Positions 50,785 to 58,172 of a stretch of DNA of 64,000 nucleotides are shown here, one piece after another (the stretch's first letter is position 1; each line of letters opens with the position of its first letter). A model generated the notes under the pieces. The model made no database searches. It saw only the letters and a list, made by a program, of their open reading frames with translations, and was not told where the DNA came from. The translations under genes and the position numbers were made by a program. The DNA comes from Planctomycetota bacterium (lineage in GTDB: Bacteria; Planctomycetota; UBA1135; GCA-002686595), in assembly GCA_016872795.1 (NCBI GenBank), contig VGYZ01000007.1, forward strand, positions 5,687 through 69,686, given 5' to 3'.

Positions 50785-50860
50785 TGGTAGCGGTGGAGGG
50801 ACTTGAACCCCCGACACGCGGCTTATGAAGCCGCTGCTCTAACCACTGAGCTACACCGCC
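50785..50860 (-). tRNA. tRNA-Met (anticodon CAT), elongator-type; tRNA-Ile2 (lysidine) cannot be excluded
   Basis: The minus strand reads GGCGGTG TA GCTC AGTGGTTA GAGC A GCGGC TTCATAA GCCGC GTGTC GGGGG TTCAAGT CCCTC CACCGCT A CCA, a full 76-nt cloverleaf with CCA encoded. The G1:U72 pair and the lack of the 3xG:C initiator anticodon stem argue against tRNA-fMet. Confidence 0.93.
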
Positions 50861-50936
50861 GATTCGGGGCGAAGACTCTAGGGCCCTGCGAGGGAGCGGT
50901 CAAGCGCGAGCCCCTCGCGGGCATCCGTCCCGGTGC

Positions 50937-51512
50937 TCACTCGCGCTGTGGGGAGCCCACGCCCTGGGCGAGCACCTTGCCACCCACCGAGTGGTAGCTC
51001 ATGCGCTTGGAGAGCACGGTGCCGCTGACTTCGTCGATCACGCGACACTCAGGGATCGACCGCGAGTAGAGATGCAGCGTCACGGCCGGCCTTTCCCCCA
51101 CGGGCTCGATGCGGTGCCAGCCCATCTCGTCGACGATGTACGCCACGCCGCCCGCGCAGAACTCGCGCGAGGGTCCGACCGCGGGCGGCTGCAGGCTGTC
51201 CTCGCGCACGCGGTAGATCGTCTCGCGCACGGTGCCCTCGAGCACGCCCATCCAGCAGCGCTGGCCCGCGTGCTCATGGATCGGGCTGCGCTGCCCCTTG
51301 CTCCAGCACAGCACGATCAACTCGTAGAGTTCCGTGCGCCGGATCAAGTTGCGCGCGTAGTAGTTGGCCTCGAACAGCGCGAAGCGCTTCCAGTCGCTCG
51401 AGCCGCTCTGGGTGTACTCCGCGAGCAGCCGCGCGACGCGCGCGCCCTTGGCATCCTCCGCGAGCAAGCGATCGAGATCGGCCAGCAGGAAATCGAGCGG
51501 GTCTGGATTCAT
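50937..51512 (-). CDS. Cysteine dioxygenase type I (cupin)
   Basis: The ORF reads NYYARNLI...YELIVLCWSKGQRSPIHEHAGQRCWMGVLEGTV.ET.Y, which is CDO-like. ATGA overlap with the upstream gene. Confidence 0.8.
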   Translation of the reverse strand: MNPDPLDFLLADLDRLLAEDAKGARVARLLAEYTQSGSSDWKRFALFEANYYARNLIRRTELYELIVLCWSKGQRSPIHEHAGQRCWMGVLEGTVRETIYRVREDSLQPPAVGPSREFCAGGVAYIVDEMGWHRIEPVGERPAVTLHLYSRSIPECRVIDEVSGTVLSKRMSYHSVGGKVLAQGVGSPQRE

Positions 51513-52648
51513 GCGTGAGCCTCCTCAGGCTTGGGCGTCGCACGCAGCGCGTCGGCGAGCGCGGAGAGCGCGCGCTCGATGTCGTCGGTGCGTGTCGAGT
51601 GGCCGAGCGAAAAGCGCAGCGTGGCGCGCGCGTGAGCATCGCCCTTGCCCATGGCCATCAGCACATGGGACGGCGCGCTCCCCATCGCCGCCGCTCCCGC
51701 TGAGCAATGCACGCCGCGCGCGCCGAGTGCGCTCTGCAACTCGGTACCGATCCGGCCGGGGAATGTGACGCTGAGCGTGTTCGGGAGCCACGGACCTTCA
51801 CCATTGCGCACGGCGCGCGGCTCGAGCGCGCGCACGCCCGCCCACAACTGATCGCGCAACTCGGGTCTGCGAGCGGCGTCGAACGCGCCGCTCGCGAGCA
51901 GCTCGAACGCGCGGCCGAGCGCCGCGACAGCCGCGGTGTTCTCCGTGCCGCTGCGCATTCCACACTGCTGTCCACAGCCGTCGATCAGCGGCGCAAGCGC
52001 GACGCCGCGGCGCACATACAACACGCCGCAACCCTTGGGCGCGTAGAGCTTGTGGCCAGAGAGGCTGAGCAGGTCGCAGCCGAGCTCGCGCACATCGAGC
52101 GGCAACTTGCCGATCGCCGCGACGGCGTCGCAGTGGAGCAGGATGCCCCGCGAGCGGCACAGCTGCGCGACCTCGCGCACGGGCTGCAGCACACCGGTCT
52201 CGTTGTTCGCGACCATCAGCGACACGACGCGCGTGTCCGGTGTGAGCGCGCGCTCGATGTCGGCGACCTCGACCCGACCGCTGTTGCCCACCGGCACGAC
52301 GGCGACATCGATGCCCGCTCGAGCGAGCGCGTCCGCCGTGCGCAGCACCGACTTGTGCTCGATCGCGCTCGTCACGAGCCGGCCGCCGCAGTGGGGCGCG
52401 AACAGCCCCTTGAGCGCCCAGTTGTTCGACTCGGTGCCACCGGAGGTGAACCAGATCTCGTCGTCCGAGCACCCGAGCGTGCGCGCGGCGGTGGCGCGGG
52501 CGCGCGCGATGTGCTCCTGAGCGAGCAGGCCGGCGGGGTGCGAGACGGAGGCATTGCCGCAGGTCGCCCGAGTCGACTCGAGGTAGGCCTCGAGGACCGC
52601 GGGGTGGACCGGCGTCGAGCCATTGATGTCGAGGTAGGCGTCGCTCAT
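51509..52648 (-). CDS. Class-V PLP aminotransferase: cysteine desulfurase / cysteine-sulfinate desulfinase (NifS/IscS-like)
   Basis: The ORF reads YLDINGSTPVHP, FTSGGTESNN, HCDAVAAIGKLP, LSGHKLYAPKGCG and SGTEN. The ATG at 52648 lies inside track ORF 51509..52747. Confidence 0.88.
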   Translation of the reverse strand: MSDAYLDINGSTPVHPAVLEAYLESTRATCGNASVSHPAGLLAQEHIARARATAARTLGCSDDEIWFTSGGTESNNWALKGLFAPHCGGRLVTSAIEHKSVLRTADALARAGIDVAVVPVGNSGRVEVADIERALTPDTRVVSLMVANNETGVLQPVREVAQLCRSRGILLHCDAVAAIGKLPLDVRELGCDLLSLSGHKLYAPKGCGVLYVRRGVALAPLIDGCGQQCGMRSGTENTAAVAALGRAFELLASGAFDAARRPELRDQLWAGVRALEPRAVRNGEGPWLPNTLSVTFPGRIGTELQSALGARGVHCSAGAAAMGSAPSHVLMAMGKGDAHARATLRFSLGHSTRTDDIERALSALADALRATPKPEEAHA

Positions 52649-52809
52649 CGCGCTCCATTGTGCCCCGCCTCGCGCTCCGCGCCCAGATCCGCCCAGCTCC
52701 GCCCGCAGCGGCCCGGAGCGACCCAACGCAGCCCCGCTTTGGGGCACGCCGCGCTCCCGGCGCGGGCCCGCTTGAGGCCCCCGCGTCGGACATCCGAAGA
52801 GGGCTTGGC

Positions 52810-53232
52810 GTGAAGCCCAAGACCGAAGTCAAAGAGGGTGCCGTTCTGGCGCTGCTCGCGAGCACAACGCTGGGCGACCTCGACCGGGCGCTGCTGTTTG
52901 CCACAGCACACTGCGAAGGGCTGCGGGCGGTCGAGCTCTGGCGCTGCCACGGGAGCATGTGGCTGCCCGTCCTCGCGCGCGGGCCGCGCGAACTCCTGCC
53001 GTCGGAAGCACTCGTGCGAGCGGCCGTGGAAGGCGTGATCGAAGGCCAACTGCCGTGCGGCGCGCAGGTTCTCGCCCACCAGGGCAAGCTCGCGCTGGTG
53101 CTCGCTTGGAGCGACCCCGAGGCCTGCGACGACCGGGCCATCGCATGGCTCTCGCTCCACGCGTCGATCGCAGCGACCCTGCCCGAGGACGGCACGCCGT
53201 TCTCCGCGGCCCTGCCGCGCCGCGACGATTGA
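52810..53232 (+). CDS. Hypothetical protein (140 aa, possibly GAF-like)
   Basis: The GC3-rich frame from GTG 52810 reads VKPKTEVKEGAVLALLASTTLGDLDRALLFATAHCEGLRAVELWRC... I recognise no family. It is followed by the hairpin CACCGC-gaa-GCGGTG at 53248-53262. Confidence 0.45.
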   Translation: MKPKTEVKEGAVLALLASTTLGDLDRALLFATAHCEGLRAVELWRCHGSMWLPVLARGPRELLPSEALVRAAVEGVIEGQLPCGAQVLAHQGKLALVLAWSDPEACDDRAIAWLSLHASIAATLPEDGTPFSAALPRRDD

Positions 53233-53857
53233 ACCCGACCTGCCCCCCACCGCGAAGCGGTGCGCCCTAGGGCTTCCAGAGCCTGAAACGAGTGTCCTTG
53301 GAATGGGCTCGCGAGAGAACGCTCGCGTGGGAAGGCTCGCAAGGCGAGCTGCGTGGGAGCTCGAGAGCGACGCGCGCTCGTGCACAGCCGCGGCACGGCA
53401 ATGCAACCGTTGCACAGGCTCTCGTTGCGCCCGCTCGCGCACACGCTACGCTCTTCGCGCGCGTGTGGTTCGCCTCCCGCGTGAAGACAGCCTTCGGGAG
53501 GTGCGGGTGCTATTGCGAGCAGCGCCCGTACCCGGGAAGCTCGAAGGCTGTCTTTCTCCCTCGGGCGAGTGACCGCAAAGTCACTGGCCCCCTTCGTCGC
53601 TCGAGCGGGCGCGCGCACGCCCGACGCTGCGCGAGCGAGCTCTCACTCGCCGCATCGCCCGCGTCCCATCGCTCGCCTGTTCGCTGCGTCGCGCGCGCAT
53701 TCGCTCGACCGCGCAGCTTGCGTCACATTCGCTCGCGCGCTCTTTGCGACCGAGCCGCGTCCACGCCGAGGCAGCGCGACGCGCGCACAGGGAACACGCT
53801 CAGACAACACTCTCGGGGCACGCTGCCGGGAACGCGCGCTCCCGAGCGCAGCCTGCG

Positions 53858-55333
53858 TCAGGGAACGATCGACCAGATGTGCGTCGCAACGCCGTCCGTC
53901 TCGTCCAGCACGAGCCGCCCGAGCTGTCCGTCGTGCGACCAACTCAGCGTGCTGACTCCGTCGCGCAGCACCGCCGAAGGCGGCAGCACATAGCCCTCGA
54001 GGAGGATCTGGTCCGGCATTCCGTCCGCGCAGCCCGTGGTCACCGCGAGCGGCTGCAGCGGATCGAGGCCCGCATCGGCCGTCGCCACGCGCGCGCGCGT
54101 CAAGTTCGCCGTGCCGGTGATCGCGACCGCATTGTTGGTCGTGTCCACGCTCCAGTTGAAGGGCGTGAAGTCGCCCGCGAGAGCTTGCTCGATGTGGAAG
54201 TGGAAGAAGCGGCCGCTCGAGTCCGCCAGCGTGTTCGCCGCGCTCGGCAGCGCCAGCGAGTAGTTGCGCAGCCAGTTGCAGACCGAAGCCTCGCTGACCG
54301 CATCCCACGAGTGGCCGGGGTAGTTCACCACGGTCAGCAGGTGACGCGTCGCGGATGCGCCCAGTCCGAGCTGGTGCTGGTAAAAGAGATCGTTTTGCGT
54401 GATCAGGTACGGAATGTCGCCGGTCGTGCGCGTGGTGTGCGTCGCGAGGTGCAGCAGATTGCGGCCGAGATCGGTCGCGGCGAGGACGACGAGCGAGTTC
54501 GGATCGAAGCTGAACACCGAGCCGCGCTGCAGATTCCACGGCGTGGCGGAACCCGGCTGACCGTTGCCGAAGCGATCGTCGTAGATCTGCTGAATCGTCG
54601 GCCCCGACTGCGGGTAGGTGTCCTCGTGCGAGAGAATGCCCGACTGATTGAACACCGCAGCGAACATCAGGTGGGTCGGATCGAGCTGGCGCGCGGCATA
54701 GTTCATCGCCGCTCCGCCCCCCATCGAGAACCCGACGGCGTACACGCGCGCGGTGTCGACCGAGAGGCTCGTTCGCACCCACTCGAGCACCGCCCGCGTG
54801 TGAATGTGGCTGCGAGAGTCGGAGAAGTGCGTCTGACCGCTGCTCATCGGCGCGACGCAGATCCAGTTGCGCCGGCGTGCCTCGGCGAAGAACGATGTGT
54901 TGAGCAACGCGTCGTAGTGGCTGACGCCGAACTTGTGGAACACGACCAGCACCGGACGCGGTCCGATGCCGTTGGAGTCCTGCACGAGGAAACGCTCGGC
55001 GAAGCCCGTGCCCGGTTGGATGGTGATTTCGAACCAGCGCGGCGTGGGGGTCACCCCCGGCACACCGGCGCGTCCGACGATCGAACCAGGGGGGGGCGGA
55101 TTGGTGAGCCCCGTGAGCGCGCGCACGCCGACGCCCACCCCGCCGCGCGGACTTGCGCCCGGCGCGAGGGAGAGTTCCCTCCCTCGCTCCCAGCCCGGCC
55201 CCGCCGATTCCTCGAGCGTGCGCGCAAACGGAGTCGCGTCGCGCGGACCATGGAGGCGCGAGCGATCCACCTGCGGCAGTCCCATCGGCCCGCCAAATTG
55301 GGACGCGATGGCGAGGATCAGAGCCGGAAACAT
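53858..55333 (-). CDS. Secreted alpha/beta-hydrolase esterase (PHB-depolymerase/feruloyl-esterase-like) with C-terminal extra domain
   Basis: The nucleophile elbow is VYAVGFSMGGGAAM, preceded by PVLVVFHKFG. The start is taken at MFPALILAIASQ (55333), inside track ORF 53858..55375. Confidence 0.7.
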   Translation of the reverse strand: MFPALILAIASQFGGPMGLPQVDRSRLHGPRDATPFARTLEESAGPGWERGRELSLAPGASPRGGVGVGVRALTGLTNPPPPGSIVGRAGVPGVTPTPRWFEITIQPGTGFAERFLVQDSNGIGPRPVLVVFHKFGVSHYDALLNTSFFAEARRRNWICVAPMSSGQTHFSDSRSHIHTRAVLEWVRTSLSVDTARVYAVGFSMGGGAAMNYAARQLDPTHLMFAAVFNQSGILSHEDTYPQSGPTIQQIYDDRFGNGQPGSATPWNLQRGSVFSFDPNSLVVLAATDLGRNLLHLATHTTRTTGDIPYLITQNDLFYQHQLGLGASATRHLLTVVNYPGHSWDAVSEASVCNWLRNYSLALPSAANTLADSSGRFFHFHIEQALAGDFTPFNWSVDTTNNAVAITGTANLTRARVATADAGLDPLQPLAVTTGCADGMPDQILLEGYVLPPSAVLRDGVSTLSWSHDGQLGRLVLDETDGVATHIWSIVP

Positions 55334-55463
55334 GGGAGTGGCTTTCGGGGGCGAGCCCCGGTGCAGCCGAATCAAAGTCTAGCCCGCACGGACGAAATCG
55401 GTAGCCCCGACCGTGGACTGCGCTCGGGGCCACCGCCCGTGGAAACTCCTTCGGGTTCGAGCG

Positions 55464-55473
55464 CCCCCCCCCC
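55464..55473. repeat. C10 (G10 on minus strand) homopolymer tract in the intergenic region upstream of the esterase gene
   Basis: Read directly as gcg-cccccccccc-gcgg. It lies 8 nt below the NHL gene stop and about 130 nt upstream of the esterase start. Confidence 0.9.
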
Positions 55474-55480
55474 GCGGCAG

Positions 55481-56365
55481 CTAGGAGCCCTGCGGATCCC
55501 CCGGCAGGCTCGGAAAGTCGCCCAGCGAGCGGCCCGCCAAGTCGAACACCGCCAACCGCTCGGCATCTCGGTCGATCACGGCCACCCGGCCCGAGCGCTC
55601 GTCCGCCCCCGCCTCGACCGCGATGTCCCCCACATCCCGCAGTTCCCCGTGCCCCTCCCCGATCGCGGCGAGCACAGCCTGCACGCGCCCCACCCCGTCG
55701 GTGAGCACCAGCGCGGTCCCGGCCCCCGCGAGCGCGATCAGAAGCCGCCCGTCCGGCAGGGCCGCGAGCGCCACGGGCTCGGGCCGCTCGAGCGAGCCCA
55801 GCTCGATGCGGAACGAGAAGTGAAACTCGAAGTCCCGAAAGACCTGCACGCGCCGCGCACCGCGCTCGCACACGTATGTCCACGGCCCGTGCTGGACCAC
55901 CCGCGCAATGTCGCCGAATCGTCCGCGCGGATCACCGAGCGGCCGCAGCGACGCGACGAGGCGACCATCGGCACGCAACAGCGCGAGCCCATGTCGCCGC
56001 GCTCCACCGCAGGCGACGAGCACCTCGAGCGCGTGATCCGTCTCGTGCAGGGCGAGGTCGCTCGCGCCCGCGAGCACTCCGCGCGCGTCGTCGCGCTCCA
56101 AAGGCGCGCCCACGAAACTGGCGGACTCTCGGCCGAACACGGAGAACGCGCGCACGGCTCCGGCGCGACCATCGACGCTCCACAGCTGCCGATCCGAGTC
56201 GACCTCGATCCCGCCGAGCGCGAGCGCACCGCCGCCCGCCCCGGCAAACGAGAAGCCCGGTCCGAGCGCGCGGCCATCGAGATCGAACGGCTGCACATGC
56301 GCACGACGCGCTTGGCGCGCGACCCACAGCACACCGCCGCGCAAGCTGAGCGATCCCTGGCTCAC
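55481..56365 (-). CDS. NHL-repeat / six-bladed beta-propeller-like protein
   Basis: The GTG at 56365 forms a GTGA overlap with the upstream gene. Repeated blades of about 45 aa are present (..LWVA.., ..D.DRQLWSVD.., ..VLVACGG.., ..WTYVCE.., ..LLIALAG.., ..VAVIDRD..). Confidence 0.55.
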   Translation of the reverse strand: MSQGSLSLRGGVLWVARQARRAHVQPFDLDGRALGPGFSFAGAGGGALALGGIEVDSDRQLWSVDGRAGAVRAFSVFGRESASFVGAPLERDDARGVLAGASDLALHETDHALEVLVACGGARRHGLALLRADGRLVASLRPLGDPRGRFGDIARVVQHGPWTYVCERGARRVQVFRDFEFHFSFRIELGSLERPEPVALAALPDGRLLIALAGAGTALVLTDGVGRVQAVLAAIGEGHGELRDVGDIAVEAGADERSGRVAVIDRDAERLAVFDLAGRSLGDFPSLPGDPQGS

Positions 56366-57231
56366 GCGCGGCCTCGCTCGAGCTCGAGCACGACGAGTTC
56401 GGTCGGAGCCCCGATGCGCAGCGGCAGTCCGATCGAGCCGAGCCCGCGACTGACGAGGATCGCGGTGGAGCCGCTGTGCACGCGTAGCCCGGGGTGCGGC
56501 GGCCCGGCCCGGCGCAGCCATGGCAGGTCGAGCTGGGTCCCGTGCGAATGGCCGCACAGCACGGCGAGGCAGCACGGGCGCACGAACGCCAGCGCGCCGC
56601 GCGGGTTGTGGCACAGCGCGATCTCGAAGTCTCCCGGACGAACGCACGCGCGCGCGCGCTCGAGGTCGATCTCGCGCGCCTCCTCGAGGTCCTCGACGCC
56701 CACCACGCACACGGCCGCGTCGCCGCGCTCGATGCGCACGCCTTCATTGCGCAGAAAGCGCACGCCATCCGCTCGGAAGCGCTGCGCGATCTCGCCTTCG
56801 CGTCGGCCGCGGTAGTCGTGGTTGCCGAACACTCCGAACACGCCCTCTCGCGCCCGCAACTGCGCCAAGTCCGCGCGCACGAGCTCCGCGTCCTCCGCGC
56901 GGTGCGTGATCAGGTCGCCTGTGATCGCGATGCAGTCGGGTTGCAGCGCATTCGCGAGCTCTACGACAGCGCGCAAGTCCCCCGCGCGCACGAACGGGCC
57001 AGCGTGGAGATCGCTGAGCTGCACGACCCGGAACCCGATCAACGCCTCCGGCAGGCTCGGATGGGACACGCGCTCCCGACGCACGAGCAGGCCTGGGGGA
57101 CGCAAGTGGCGCGCGCGAAACCAGCTACGGCCACCGCAGGCGACGGCGAGCGCTTCGCACGCCCGCACGGCCGCTCGGCGAGCGAGCGATTGGCGGCGGG
57201 GCGCGACCCGCAGTTCCTGACCGAGGGACAT
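56362..57231 (-). CDS. Calcineurin-like metallophosphoesterase (YkuE/YaeI-type)
   Basis: The ORF reads VQLSDLHAGP, ITGDLITH, VFGNHDY, LCHNP and CGHSHG. Confidence 0.85.
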   Translation of the reverse strand: MSLGQELRVAPRRQSLARRAAVRACEALAVACGGRSWFRARHLRPPGLLVRRERVSHPSLPEALIGFRVVQLSDLHAGPFVRAGDLRAVVELANALQPDCIAITGDLITHRAEDAELVRADLAQLRAREGVFGVFGNHDYRGRREGEIAQRFRADGVRFLRNEGVRIERGDAAVCVVGVEDLEEAREIDLERARACVRPGDFEIALCHNPRGALAFVRPCCLAVLCGHSHGTQLDLPWLRRAGPPHPGLRVHSGSTAILVSRGLGSIGLPLRIGAPTELVVLELERGRA

Positions 57232-57260
57232 CGACGAGCTCGCTCTGGGAGTCGCGCACT

Positions 57261-58100
57261 CTAGCGAGCGTGCGGCGCGACGCTAGGCGCGCTCGCCTCG
57301 TCGCTCGAGCCACCGAGCCAGAGGCTCGCGCCCGGCTCGAGTCGTCGTTCGCCGTGCGCATCGATGGCGACACACGCGCCCGCGCGCAAGTGCGCCGTCA
57401 CGCCGCGCGCGTCCCCGCGCAGGCGCAGCTCCCCGTGCTCGAGCTCGAGCACGCCGACGCGCGTGGTGATCGTGCGCCGACCGCGCACCACGAGTGCGCC
57501 CGAGTCGAACAACAAGCGCAGGAGTCCGCGATCCTCGACACACACCTTCGAGTCGCGCTCGACGAGCACTTCCGTGCGTGCGCCCACGCTCAGGCTCACG
57601 GCGGAGTGCGCATCCGTCACGATCCAGTCGCCGCGGCGCAGCGGCTGCGGCATGTCCTGCGTGTCCATGCGCCGCACGCCGAGCGAGTACTCGCCGACGA
57701 TGGCGCGAGCGCGCGCTTCGACTTCCGAGCTCGACATGCGCGTGAGCAGGAAGATCAAGAGCCCCGGCAGCACGAGGGTGCGCACGACCATGGAGTACGG
57801 ACGGCGCGAGCGCGGGCTGCGCGCGAGACGCAGGCGTTCCTCGCGGCGACCGGTGCGCTCGGCGGACTCGCGTCCGATGCGGCGCTCGTGCGCGATGCGG
57901 GCGGTCAGACGCAGCGACTCGCGGTACTCCTGCTCGCACTCCGCACACAGCTCGAGGTGGCGGCGCAGGCTCGAACCCTGCTCGGGCACGAGCGCGGTCT
58001 CGACGAGCCGGCCGAGCTCGGCGCGGGCGCGCTCGCACAGGGAACGGTCGCTGTCGGTCGGGGCCTGCTCCACGGCAATCCTGCTCGCTTGGATCGACAC
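57261..58100 (-). CDS. Anti-sigma-factor-like protein: zf-HC2 N-domain + TM + FecR-like domain
   Basis: The HC2 zinc motif is HLELCAECEQEY, the TM segment is VVRTLVLPGLLIFLL, and the C-terminal beta-rich region is FecR-like. Start is uncertain (GTG 58100, or ATG 58169 as in the track). Confidence 0.6.
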   Translation of the reverse strand: MSIQASRIAVEQAPTDSDRSLCERARAELGRLVETALVPEQGSSLRRHLELCAECEQEYRESLRLTARIAHERRIGRESAERTGRREERLRLARSPRSRRPYSMVVRTLVLPGLLIFLLTRMSSSEVEARARAIVGEYSLGVRRMDTQDMPQPLRRGDWIVTDAHSAVSLSVGARTEVLVERDSKVCVEDRGLLRLLFDSGALVVRGRRTITTRVGVLELEHGELRLRGDARGVTAHLRAGACVAIDAHGERRLEPGASLWLGGSSDEASAPSVAPHAR

Positions 58101-58172
58101 GTTGCCACGCCGCCTTGAACGGCGCCCGCGGCCCGACCCCGCGCACGCGCGGAGCGGGAAAATGGCCAAGAA

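Noticed and set aside
50785-50860. tRNA-Met as an integration site of a genomic island
   Set aside because: There is no integrase or recombinase, no direct repeat of the tRNA 3' end, and no phage or plasmid genes within several kb on either side. The lower-GC pocket next to it is only about 0.6 kb.
53233-53857. RNase P RNA, tmRNA, SRP/4.5S RNA, cobalamin riboswitch or a hidden protein gene in the large gap
   Set aside because: The signature sequences are absent on both strands: GGAAAGUCCGG and ACAGAACCCGGCUUA for RNase P, the tRNA-like ...UCCACCA end and tag ORF for tmRNA, and GGAAGGAAGCAGCC for SRP. There is no B12-box context or downstream regulated gene. The ORFs 53292..53993, 53303..53572 and 53569..53955 translate to Arg/Ala/Ser-rich nonsense.
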